A stretch of 44,967 bases of DNA from Amoebophrya sp. A120. Lineage: Eukaryota > Protista > Dinoflagellata. The DNA lies in NCBI GenBank assembly GCA_905178155.1, contig CAJINV010000006.1:958378-1003344 (forward strand), given 5' to 3'. The notes below the pieces were generated by a model that had not been told where the DNA came from, did not search any database, and worked only from the letters and a program-made list of their open reading frames with translations. Shown here in pieces: positions 24,701-35,692 of this stretch. A program made the translations under genes and the position numbers. Each line of letters begins with the position of its first letter. The stretch's first letter is position 1.

Positions 24701-25827
24701 GCAAGAACTTGTTGTGATGCTGAGTCTGATCGTAAAAATCTGTAGTTGTGTTGCATCCTTACCAAGACCTGTCCACAATTTCTAAAACCAAGTTTAATTA
24801 GTAGTCGTAGTGACCACTTCCATATCGTTTTGACTCCTGGCGGGAGGGTCGGCGTTGGTACAGATTTAGCCTCTACTGCCAACGACCAAGTTGAGAGGGA
24901 GTTTCTCACGCAGACTAGGCATCATACAGATCTCGTCCCAGCGTCTGTCATGCTAGGTCCACTGCATTTTCCAGACGTCATGGCTCATGAAAAAGAAAAA
25001 CCTGCATGACAACAAGTCTTGCAACCTCCTTCCAGGCCGCCCAGACTACATATTTGCAGTGGATAAGCAAACAGTCAAAGCGAAACAAGCCCACATCGAC
25101 ATCGGGCCGCAAGAAGGAACAAGCCGCATCGGGCCAGAATAAGAAGTCAGACAGGCAGAAAAAGGAGAAGAAGACGCAAGTAGAGGAGAAAAAAGCCTCC
25201 TCCAGCGCATCGGCGCGCGCCAAGGGCAACAAGGGAGATCAAGGATCGGTGCGCGCCAAGGCCAAGGGCAACAAGGGAGGACAACAATCGTCGAAAGCAG
25301 GCGGCGATAACAAAGCACAGGAGAAGAAGCAAAAGAAGCCAGCGCCGGCCAAGCCGGCTGCTGGTGGAAAAGTAGATGCAGGAGAAGACGGTGCTGCGGC
25401 GGGTGGTGGCGAGGATGATGGCGATGAGGACACAACTAAAGGAGCGACCGGCACAAGCACATCGTCCACATCAGCTCCGGCAGCTAAGTCTAAGGCTAAC
25501 GCTAAGAATTCGGGGCGCACAAATAAGAAGGAGCTACAACCGAAAGCGGGCGCCGGGGGAGACAGTACGCAGCAACAGTCGGAGAAAAAGGAGAAAGAGA
25601 AACCAGCAAAGGCATCACCTGCCAGTGCAACTACTCCGGAACAAGCAGCAGCAGATGATGCCAAGTCTACTCCTAAGACCGCATCTCCTGTTTCTGCTAA
25701 ACCGACCGGTGATGCTGGTGCGCAGAGCGTGGTGGGGGAAGCTGCAGCTGATGGACCGGCAGATGATGACGAAGGAGATGCGGACGATGGCGATGACGGT
25801 GATGCCGATGGCGATGGGGACGAGTGA
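18710..25827 (+). CDS. Large low-complexity (A/K/E/D/Q/P-rich) protein with acidic C-terminus, possibly secreted; 7 introners plus probable GT-AG introns; start may be 19139
   Basis: ORFs 18710, 19910, 22330, 22953 and 25006 and the frames between them link when elements at 19679, 20553, 22581, 23915, 24186 and 24655 are removed with 5 nt. Exon structure at about 21970-22205 and 23420-23765 is not fully resolved. Hydrophobic stretch TLAAVLLEILF follows the Met at 19139. Confidence 0.65.
19679..20003. mobile_element. Introner family E
   Basis: TATCAAAAGGAAAAATCCCCCCTCCCCATAT / ATATGGGGAGGGGGGATTTTTCCTCTCAATA; DR CTGCC/CTACC. Confidence 0.9.
20643..21529 (+). mobile_element. Putative non-autonomous Helitron-like element nested in an introner
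   Basis: A^TCTATTATAT 5' end; hairpin GCCCCGGC-GTCA-GCCGGGGC (21502-21521) followed by CTGG^T; no TSD; internal minisatellites. Confidence 0.6.
21120..21197. repeat. Tandem minisatellite (CCCTCTCGCGCYA)n, about 6 units
   Basis: Directly visible; related GAGAGG-rich repeats in the opposite sense at 20685-20910. Confidence 0.85.
21692..21966. mobile_element. Introner family H (single copy)
   Basis: TATATTGATTCGGTGCAATTATACATGA / TCATGTATAACGCCGAACCCAATCAATGTA; DR AACGT/ACGTT. Confidence 0.75.
22581..22859. mobile_element. Introner family F
   Basis: TATTCTGAGTAAAAACTTCCCC / GGGACGTTTTTAATTAGGATA; DR GGAGC. Confidence 0.9.
23098..23382 (+). other. Probable canonical GT-AG intron
   Basis: GCAG|GTACTA...CGAGCAG|GTGAC joins ..DADEA to GDGAAADGKAAT in frame; no TIR. 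A second candidate is 23418-23633 (GTATGC..TTTTTTGCACAG). Confidence 0.55.
23915..24123. mobile_element. Introner family D
   Basis: TATCGCACGAAAAAACTGTTTCACTGTG / CACAGTGAAACAGTTTTTTCTTGCGATA; DR CGAGC; colinear with 3514-3723. Confidence 0.92.
24186..24464. mobile_element. Introner family F (opposite orientation to 22581)
   Basis: TATCCTGTGTAAAAACGTCCCC / GGGGACGTTTTTACCCAGGATA; DR CCAAG. Confidence 0.92.
24655..25065. mobile_element. Introner family A (long, diverged)
   Basis: TATCCAGTGCAAA..ATGTCTGGGTGCGGAAG / TTCCAGGCCGCCCAGAC..TTTGCAGTGGATA; DR ACTAA/AGCAA. Confidence 0.85.
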
Positions 25828-26903
25828 AAATCTGATTTTGAAGTACGAGTACCTAGGTGTGATTAAGTATTCTGAGAGTGCTGTCCGTAAGCACATTATC
25901 ATCCAGACAATATGTAATATTCACGCAATCGCAACTTTTACTTTCCAAAATGAAGACCAGAGGCAGAAGATGAACCAGATTTTATAATGTTTACAAACAA
26001 CAACTACAACTTCTGCACGTAAAATGAAGATTGTCACGAACAAAAGCAATGAATTATCAACGAAGAAATTGAAGACAGCGATCATTGATCTGATGAAGAC
26101 GAAGATACACACTAAATGATTTATGATACCGAACCCTAAGTTAGGGTGCAAATTAATGTACTGAAAATTAATATGGAAGAAATGCACGCCTACCAAAACA
26201 AACAAAGGCAACACCAACTGTATACCTAAAGGAAATGGTGGAGCCGGAAATCGAATGACAATTATCAACCTCCTGTAGAAATAAACGAAAAACCTGTACA
26301 TACGTTTAGGAACAGAAATAAAGAAGCGGAAGTTGTGCTTGCGCCAGAGGACCCGCTACTAACCAGGCCAGGCAACTGGACGAAAGTACGTGCTCGTTCT
26401 CGGGTCCTGGATGAATAATTTCTACGGCCGAGCGAATGCGAATCACGGCAAATTGTGAAAAACTGCCGTATTGCAAAGTTCTTTCTTACTAGATGAAGAA
26501 GTGGCGCGACTTCGAAGGGAATAAAGAAAAGGATTCAACGGTGGAAACGCGGAGAGAAGCAAGCGGCCCTGCGACCGTCGAGCAGCGTGAGAACTTTATG
26601 AGAAAAACGAACACGAACTGAGTGGAAAAATAAGAAACTGCGGAGAGAAACTGTAAAAAGAAGTTGTAGTGGCCACGACCAGTACTGGTTCGTTCCTTTA
26701 TTGAGGCGGAGTCCTATTCCATGTCCCTGTCCGTCGTGCTTCGGGTAGTTGAGAATTTTTTATCGGAGCGGCATGACGAGAAAGAAAAGCAAAAAAATCT
26801 GGAACAAGAATCTTGGCGAATGACCGATCTAGCGCGTTGCATGATAAAACTAAAACGAAAAGTAAAGCGAGCTGCTTTGGCGGGTGGAATTATTAAAAAT
26901 AAG

Positions 26904-27549
26904 ATGACCCGCTTCGCTGCATTTCTTCTGCAACTTCAACTTCTGCAGCTGCTAACCGGCGGTCATGCAGTAATTGTTTTCGGAAGCACAAGTAGCATCA
27001 ACAGGAGGCCGTTCTTTTTGGCATCAAGCCCGCAGTCTGCCGTCGCTTCCTTATCCTTCGCGGCCACCCTGACGAGGCCGTTTAGCTTCTTCCAGTTCGC
27101 CTCCGCACGGGCTCTGGCGCGAGAGCACAGCGAGTTTGCTTCGTCTGACGATATGCAATTTAAATGATTTCTCGTATGCGTGGAGTACAAGAATAAAATG
27201 TTGCATCACAAAACTTTACAAACGTTGAGAATGGGATTTGTAATGCTAAGCAAAGTCGAGGTAGAATCTATCTGCTTCGACTTTTCTCAGCATTGATTAC
27301 CGTAGATGAGCTAGAGGTTTGTCATGCGAGTGAAGACCCCAAGTTGAATACCAATGAATTCGTATGTGCCGTGCGGGAAAAAATTTTCATTCGATACCCT
27401 ACGAGTTCTTGTACTACGAAGACGATGGAGAGGAAGGAGCAGACGAAGCTCCATTCGCCGATGATCATGAAAACGATGTTGGGGATCATGCTTTTGCAGA
27501 AGGCACGGCAAAACGTGAAAAACCGCTGTATTGCAAAGTTCTTTCTTAG
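26904..27549 (+). pseudogene. 3'-truncated tandem paralog of the 27957 gene
   Basis: MTRFAAFLLQLQLLQLLTGGHA..ARALAREHSEFASSDD matches the 27957 gene and has the same introner at the same site. Homology breaks at about 27480-27525, where the second duplicated unit starts. Confidence 0.7.
27152..27396. mobile_element. Introner family I (duplicated with its host segment)
   Basis: Homologous to 28196-28438 at the same exonic position. Confidence 0.75.
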
Positions 27550-27956
27550 ATCTTAGAAGTGTCACGACTTTGAAGGGAAAGAAAAGGATTCAACGGAAAA
27601 AACGCGGAGAGAAGCAAGTGGCCCCGCGACCGTCGAGCAGCGTGAGAATTTTATGAGAAAAACGTCGAACACGAGCTCGAACTGAGTGGAAAAATAAAAA
27701 ACTGCGGAGAGGAAGTGTAAAAAGTTGTACTGGCCACGACCACTGCTGGTTCGTTGCTTTATTGAGGCGGAGTCATATTCAGTGTCCCTGTCTGTCGTGC
27801 TGCGGGTAGTTGAGAATTTTTATCGGAGCGGCATGACGAGAATAAAGAAAAGCACAAGAATGATAAAAATCTGAAACACCGTCACCGGTATAGAGCATTG
27901 AATGATAGAAGTAAAGAAAGTATTAAAAGCCAGCTGCTTGTTTTATCCAAAATAAG

Positions 27957-30900
27957 ATGGCCCGCCCCGCTGCATTTCTTCTGCAACTTCTGCAGCTACT
28001 ATCCGGTGGTCAGGCAGCAGTTGTTTTCGGATTCGGCGGAGGCGGCAATATTAACAGGAGGTTCTTCTTGGCATCAAGCCCGCAGTCATCTGCAGCTGCT
28101 TCCTTTGTCACCCTGGTGACGCCGTTTAACTTCTTCCAGTTCGCCTCCGCACGGGCTCTGGCGCGAGAGCACAGCGAGTTTGCTTCGTCTGACGATATGC
28201 AATGTAGAGGATTTCCCGTATGCGTATCGTATCACATCACGGAGTACAAGATTAAAATGTTGCATCACTAAATTTTACAAACGTTAACGTTGAAAATGGG
28301 ATTTGTAGTGCTAAAGCAAATTCTAATTCGAGGTTCGACTTTGCTCGTCAGCATTACCGTAGATGAGCTAGAGGTTTGTCATGCGAGTGAAGGCCGCAAT
28401 GAATTCGTATGTGCCGTGCGGGAAATTTTCATTCGATACCCTACGAGTTCTTGTACTACGAACACGATGGAGACGAGGAAGGAGCAGACGAGGCTCCGTT
28501 CGAAGACGATCATGAACAGCACGACGAGGATCATCTTCATGCGCATTTGGAAGTCACAAGCAGCGCCGGGTTCGTTTCAACAACACCAGGAGACCAGGAG
28601 CACGTCCAGAGCAAAGAAAAGGGAAAAGCAGACAACTACTACCCAAAGTACTTCCGCGCGAAGGAGAAGTCCTCCGGGAGAAGTGCTGGATCCCCTTCGT
28701 CTCCATCCTCCTCCACATTGGAGCTGGATGTTGCGGAGGCGGAAAAACTAGCCAAACTCGAACGAGAAGAAGAAGAACGTCAGCACCAGCTGCGCGTTAT
28801 GAACTGCAAAAGTATCGTACTAGTAGGAGTAGGACTTGCAATAGTACACATTAGCTCAGCATGACAAATGGAATTTGTCATGCTGTTTCACCTTGGGATG
28901 GAAATTTCAATTTGTAATGCATGATTGCGATTTTTACTACGAGTACGATACTTTTGCACTGCATACGCGTCGCCGGAAGTCTGTTGAATCGAACCCGGGA
29001 CGCCAAAGACGCGTTTCTGGGCGCGATCAACCGCACCAAAGAAGCGGCGGCAAGGAGGTTCAATGAGACCAAGGTATGAGCATGGAAGGAGTAACATCGT
29101 CATGCACTAGTATGAAAAATCGCATGACGAATTCGCCTAGCATGATGATGAATATGAGCGAAACAGGAATTTGTAATGCTGAGGTGGCTTAGGAATTGGT
29201 GGATGTGGATCTGGATATTTGTCATGTTGTAGTACCATTGCAATTTCTACGTTAATACGAGAGTAAGTACGATGCTACTTCTTTGCGCACATGTTGATAC
29301 AAGGAGAAATTTCACAACCTGATGGGAAGCTTGCAGGGCATGTTGTAGGTAGCACTTCGTGTGGAAGTATCAGGAGTGCTGACACGGAGGGAGAGCTGAG
29401 GAGCGTGGCCTATCGGCTTCGCGACTCCGTCCTTCGCTCCTCGGCGTCGGTCCGCCGGTGTTGATTGCTTGACTGCAGTCGACGCAGTCGAGGGGTTCAG
29501 CGGTTGGTGTGGGGGCGAGAGGGAGCGCTGCATAGATGCTCTTTTGCTTCTGTGAACAGGTTCGATCTTCTCCTGCTTCGGGGTCTCCCAGGAGATCCTG
29601 ATTCATCCAACGGGCCTGGGGACGCTTTTGTGGCCTTTGCGAAACCTAAACTTACTAAACACAGCTACGACAGATAGCGTCTACTTACCGAGACGCGTGG
29701 TCGGTCGCGCAGTGCTTTGTGCTGCTTCCGCCACGAGACGAGTCCGCGGAACCCTCCCGGGCCTTACTTATTTAGTCACATTTGGGAGCACGCCCCCACT
29801 ATCCTCACCCGGTTCCCGGGTTGTGTCGCGGGGATATGTCCCGGCACGATTCCACAAGCCTCGCTACTTTGCTACGCCGCCCCGTGCGCCCTGCTCTCTG
29901 TCCCCGACAGTGCGGGCTGCCCCCTTTGTTTAGTCGCATTTGGGGAAGATATTCGGCGGTCCCAGTCGCGCCTCGCGGCTTGGGACACCTCTATGTCCGG
30001 GGCATGGCTCTGTGGGGGTCGAGAGCCTGGCTTGCATGGCCTGCTACCCGTAGCTCGTTGTGCCGGCCGGGTTCTCTCTTGGCTGCCATTGTGACTGTCG
30101 CTCGAGGTCTTGCGACTATCACTGCGACGCGCTTCTGGACGTCATTCGCTTCCGTTGGTTGCGCGCGCGTTCACTCTATGGGTGAATTGCGCAGAGAAGG
30201 TGAAATTATATACGTTACGAGAGTAACTACGATGCTACTTCTTTACATGTTGATACAAGGAGAAATTTCACAACCTGATGGGAAGACGTATGGAAGATTC
30301 TCAACTGTTTACATTCTCAGCTGTTACATGATTTGTCATGCAAAATGACCACGATGAGCATGAGCCGCCAGACGATCAAGCTGCTTCGCATGACAAATTA
30401 TCGAAGGGCCAAACAGCATCTAGATCTGTGCCAAATTTGTGATGCAAGAGTTGCAAGCCTGCCCTTTTCCCTATTGCTCTTTTTGCATCACAAGGTCGTG
30501 TAAACAGTTGAAAATGTAACATTTGAGAACTCCATAAGACGAAGTGCAGCCGGCACCAACGAGACCGCTGCGGGGCAAGAGGGAGCTGATACGGGCGGGG
30601 GGGACATATCCAATGCAAATATGTCTGGGTCTGGAAGAATGCAAGTTTGTCATGCTTGTCTCCCGTGACTCTTGAGCCTGTAATGCGTGTTGAGCAGGAA
30701 AACAAGAGCCTCTTGCCTGTCATGCAAAAATGTAAGTAGTTTGTCATGCGGATAGCGAAACACAAAGGAGCCCAGAAACCTGTCATGCGTGGCTGCCTAT
30801 TGCAGTTGTGTGTGTCCCCACAATTCATAAAATAGCATCACAAGTTCTTTCCAGACCCAGACATATTTGCAATGCATAGGACAACAATCAACACGATGCT

Positions 30901-31281
30901 GCGACCAGTGGCGGGACTAACAAGCCGAACGGAGCAGTAGCGGCGACCGGGAGTAGTTCTCCTGCCACCGATGCAGCAGGACGAGAAAATGCAAATGCTG
31001 CGGGCGGACCGGGAGGTGAGCATCAGCATGCAGCAGTACGGGACGACATCGACGAGGAATCGTCAGAGGAGAGCAAAAAAGGGTCGGAGAACCGCATGAG
31101 GCAGCTGGAAAAGTACGGTAGAAAAATCCGAAACGAAAAAAATAACGGTGGAACTAATCAGGCGGGGGAGGAAGGCGAAGATGACGCCGATGCGGGGGAG
31201 GAAGAAGGGGACGCCGATGCGGGGGAGGAAGAAGGGGACGCGGATGCGAGGGATGCAGGTGACAAAGCGCTGGGGTCGTAG
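27957..31281 (+). CDS. Signal-peptide-bearing acidic low-complexity protein, 395 aa, 5 introners
   Basis: Exons 27957-28195, 28444-28797, 28971-29074, 30261-30288, 30542-30606, 30884-31281 give one open frame (1188 nt). N-terminus MARPAAFLLQLLQLLSGGQA; C-terminal DAGEEEGDA repeats. Confidence 0.75.
28196..28438. mobile_element. Introner family I (decayed DR)
   Basis: TATGCAATG..ATTTCCCGTA / TGCGGGAAATTTTCATTCGATA; flanks GACGA/CCCTA; removing element + 5 nt restores the frame. Confidence 0.78.
28798..28965. mobile_element. Introner family B
   Basis: B-type TIR; DR CGCGT. Confidence 0.92.
29075..29299. mobile_element. Introner family B variant; second copy of its right end at 30211-30255
   Basis: TATGAGCATG..AGTAACATCGT / ACGATGCTACT..CATGTTGATA; DR CAAGG at 29070, 29300 and 30256. 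Confidence 0.82.
30289..30536. mobile_element. Introner family G (single copy)
   Basis: TATGGAAGATTCTCAACTGTTTAC / AACATTTGAGAACTCCATA; DR AGACG. Confidence 0.88.
30607..30878. mobile_element. Introner family A
   Basis: A-type TIR; DR GGACA. Confidence 0.92.
31160..31250 (+). repeat. Coding 27-bp tandem repeat, about 3 copies (DAGEEEGDA)
   Basis: GATGCGGGGGAGGAAGAAGGGGACGCC repeated. Confidence 0.85.
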
Positions 31282-31800
31282 TCTACGTTGTACTGCGAAA
31301 GGTCAATTATAAGTGCGACGGTTGAGCTAATGTCCATTTTTTTTTTAATAAACGAAAATGCTCCGTCCGCTCTGGTGGCTCTCCTGTCAGCGACAAAGGT
31401 CGCACTCAACATCTCGCGCGATGAAAAAGAAATATGAAATTGAGATACAGAGGTGGACAAAATCAAAAGCAAAAGAGTAGAAAAGAAACCGAGGTCGTCT
31501 AATTAACAAACTTTTCTTTCGCAAAAAGAAGAACAGAAGTCAGTTGCCCCTGCGACTCGAAGATCATTTTTGTTCTTCCGGCCGCAATTCTATAGTCGGA
31601 TAGAATAGTAGCGCAGCTTCACAACTGTGTTGTGCCTTGTTGTTCGAGACTTTTTTAGCTCCCGCGGGCTCGTCGTCGTTCGGGAGATTCGTTTTTGGTG
31701 AGAATGTTGACTTGATGATGATACATTAACGAACATACGTAGAAGCCCATGAGGCAGCAGCGTGCTTGTAGTTCTCGTTCCTCGACGTCTGCTTAGGATC

Positions 31801-34562
31801 ATGTTGGGGGCTCAAAGAACAGTATTTGCTCGCCCGTCCTCGTTGTCCATCCTCCACCCTCCTCGTTCACCCTGCTCATGGTTTATGTTTACCCTTGCAG
31901 CATTGCTGTATGCATTGCAAAAGTAACGTACTAGTGGTAATTGCATTACAAATTACCTCAGCATTACAAATGGAGTTTGTCATGCTGTTTTACCTTGGGA
32001 TGGAGATTTGTAATGCATGATTGCAATTAGTACGAGTACGATACTTTTGCACAGTATATGCTGGCGGTGTTGACATTATCAACTACAGTCGTCTCAGCGG
32101 CCCCACGAGGACCAGGATTGGGCGCTTGTGCCACTACAGTTGGTGCCACAGCTGCATCACGCCCGGCAGAAGGAGCCCCAGGCTGTGTAGCCACTACTCC
32201 AGCCAGCGCAAGTACCTGCTCTTCCTCTTCCTGCAGCACACCGTTGACAGGATCATCGTCAGTAAAAACAACTTGTTGTTCACCTCCGAAGAGCGCCAGA
32301 GTAGAGCGACGGCGGGGACAACAATTCCGTTTGCAGCATCAGCAGACAGGTACTAGTTCATCTTGCGGAGTAGGAGCTGCCTCTTGTTCGTCCAGCACGA
32401 CGACAAGTCCTCTGGTAGTCGTGCCTTCGCGGAAAAGCAAATACCATGGCGGGGGCCCTCGCTCCGCGCGAGGGAGTAGCAAAGGTGGAACAAGCTGTAC
32501 AGCGATGCTAAATGTAGCGAACAAACGGCTGAAGCACCGGCAACCCGGGCAGCAGAACAGTGGTGCTTTTTTACCCGAATACACAGCCAGTTCGTCCACG
32601 GACACTGATGCCAGCTGTTCTAGCGGGCTGACGCGGAGGTTTTGCACAGGAGCACGGGCAGGAACTGCAACTGAGGATAAAACCATCATCCTGATGAATG
32701 AACATTACGCAGAAGGACTGCAACCAGTGCCGTTCTTGCGACAAGCAGGCACCGCGGATGAAACTACTACACCCCGCACAGCACCAGTGCGGCTCCCGGA
32801 TTTGGGAGGTCGTGGTGTTACGGGATTGTTCTCAAATAACGTCGGTACATGGACAGCGAGAACAACTTCAGAGGTACCTGATGGAGATGATGATCATGAT
32901 GATGATGCCGACATGTTGGTGATGCCGGAGCCCGAGCCTGATGAGGTGGTGGACCAAATTTTTGTTCGGCCGTCTTCAAAATCATCTTCTTGTTCGCGAT
33001 TCTTGCAAGAAAAAATGCCACCAGCATGCCCCTCCACCAGCTCGTCGGCCTCTTGGCCTTCTTGGTCTACTTCGGAACAAATGGAACAGGAAGCACTCAG
33101 GGAGATCAACATCGGGAATAAAAATAATCATGGCAGCTTGTTCACCTCCGTAATTAACTACAAGAATCAGGAGCGGCTGTTGAAGAACAATCCGGGCTGG
33201 GAGGCGTTTTCGACCCAGCTGTCTCTCGCGAAAGCCATGTCTGGAAGAGGACCACAGGAGTTGTTGCCCTCAGTGGTAGAAGGAGCGTCTTCATCTACGT
33301 TTTCCCCAGCAGCTCCACAGAGAAGAAGAAGTCCTCGAGATGGAACAGGACAGCCACATGTAACAGTTCCCCGCAGAAGAGCTGCGCGAAGTAGAACTGC
33401 AGGTGAGAATTCTCCTTCAATGGTGCAACTCAGAGCAGCGGCAGGAAGCATGATGCGCAACGAGAGGAGCAGCAATCATCAGGAAATTATCGGATTGATT
33501 GCTGAGGAGGATGAGGAAGAACCCGAGTTAGAACCGATGGATGAGGGCAGTAGCTTTAACAAAGCAGGAGAGGAACAAGCGCATCTTCATCTTGCACAAC
33601 CAGCGCCATCTTCCTTAGAAGAAAAAGCCACGTTTTTACAACCAAATACTGCGAGATCATTCCCAGAAGCGGGCGAGGCCAGCGGGAGTAGAAGTGTTTC
33701 TTCCGACGTGCAGGGAAAGAACCGCGTTCCCCCCTCTCCGCGCTTTCTTCCATCCTTGACCGCGCGGGGAAGTACGGCTGGAAGTTTAAAAAGTGGTGCA
33801 GCAACTGGAGCCACAGCGTCAACAACAGCTGGAGCAGGAGGTCGTTCGACCACGAGCAGTTCCTCTGGCATTCACACCAGCGGCAAGATGAACAACTACA
33901 CCCCCGGTGGAGGAAGTGCATACCCGGTGCTGCTGTCACCATCCTCTTCTTCCGGTAGTGGGCGGCAGCAGCGCGTCTTCGCCGGAGCAGTAGGAGCACT
34001 ACTAGGCGAGAACAACAACCGTTGCGATCATGATCGCCCGACTGTTTTTGCCGGAAGTTGTTGTACTGCATCTTCTTCGTCAGCTGCTACTGCCGGTGGT
34101 ACTAGCGTCGATGCCAGCAGAAGGCCACCCGGAACATCTGGAGCTGGTCTTCTGGCCCGAACTACTGGGCTGGTCTTGGGCGATACAGCAGACAAATCTG
34201 CTGGGGGAGGTAGCGAACGAGGACCCTCTGGTGCAGCAAGCAGGACCACGCCACCACCAGGTCCTCGCGAACAAACTACACAACAAGATCCGGCAAATAC
34301 TTATAGCCAGCAGCCCTACGTCAGCACTGGTACTGCCTCGGAACTCCACGACCGCATGCTGCAGCAACTTGATCTGATCGAGATCCCCTGGGTAAGACAG
34401 ACTGCGCAGAACAATGACGGTCTAGCACAACAACTTTCGCCGATGCTTAATATTAATAACTCGGGCAGCTACTCGAGAACAATCCCGACGTCGGTCGACG
34501 GAAGTGCTCTGCAGTACCTTGCGATGGACGATGCGCGAGTAAGCCGCGTCTTGGGAGGCTGA
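31801..34562 (+). CDS. S/T/G/A-rich low-complexity protein with a signal-peptide-like N-terminus, 868 aa, 1 introner
   Basis: Exon 31801-31908 joins 32064-34562 in frame. The join builds the hydrophobic segment FMFTLAALL|AVLTLSTTVVSA. 834-aa ORF in the track. Confidence 0.8.
31909..32058. mobile_element. Introner family B
   Basis: B-type TIR; DR TGCTG; interrupts the signal-peptide coding region. Confidence 0.92.
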
Positions 34563-35692
34563 TGCGAGGACGAAAAGCGAATCGGAGGCACTGCATGTGC
34601 ACTGATGTGTAGAAGTCTTGTTCTACATCTTGATCTCTGTTCATGCGCCGTTTTCCTATGAAATATCCGTTGAAATTTTAAAAGTTACTTACGCTATTGC
34701 TGCCTTTTGTACGAAAGCGAAACACAAACTCAACGAAAGTACAAAAGTATTTTACTACGATAAAATGTACACCTACACGATTTCGATTTACAGAATGATT
34801 TTACCTTTTGCGAAACCTGAAACAAAACCATTCACTTCCGAAGAGAAAACGATGACTCGTTAGGCACGTGCAGTTGCGCTGCTTTTCCATTTTCTTTTTT
34901 TGCTGTCGTAGTTACATCCAGAAGCATACTGAGACTTCTTCCTTTTGCAACTGTACTTGCTACACATCAACAAGCAACAGCCTTGATCATATCACGAGCT
35001 TTTGATTATTCCGGAGGCTACTAAAGTTTTTAAAATACTTGTATGAATTTTTGCGATGCTGAGGAGTGCCTCAAGCTAAAATGAAAATGATTGAGGTTCT
35101 ACTATCTTTATCTGATGCCTTCGACAATCGAAGGCATTCTCACTGCATTTTGTTGAAACGTAAAAACTATTGCACTAGGTGTATGTCAATGTCTTACAAA
35201 AACTCTGTCGACCTGCTACTGCTTCCTCTGCAGTCTTTCGTACGATGTGATGTATTAAGCACACAACTTGGAGGACGATGTCGTAAGTACATCTACATTG
35301 ATACCACAACGAAGAGAATAATTTTTTAAAAGGAAGTTTCATTTTGCACAAATAATTCATGAACACAAAGGATCATACGTCCGACTCCGACCACTGCAGA
35401 CGTCAGACGTCGAGGTTGGCGCTTCGCTAGTAAGCTCGCTTGGTCCACGACCACCACCGTGTCCTTCGCACGGTCTTCACTACTAGGAGTTTTGTTCTTC
35501 TTCTTTGTTTGTTGTCGTATCGTCTTCTCCGAGCGAAAGCGATGTTCTTTTAGGCATACAATGTTAATACGCATGACTTCTGCGCACTTCATCTACTACT
35601 TAACCGCTTTGCTCCATCAACAGACGAGCCAGGCTACCGTCGCATCTTCACCTTCGTCTTGCATTTTTCTCTAGAAATCTCGCCCTTCCAAG

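Larger units (their letters stand above)
26466..28520 (+). repeat. Tandem duplication, unit about 1.06 kb (26466-27525 / 27526-28520)
   Basis: Both units start GTATTGCAAAGTTCTTTCTTA and share upstream sequence, exon 1 and the family I introner. Confidence 0.9.

Noticed and set aside
29341-30210. TGTTG start suggesting a solo LTR
   Set aside because: No matching CAACA end, TSD, PBS or PPT found.
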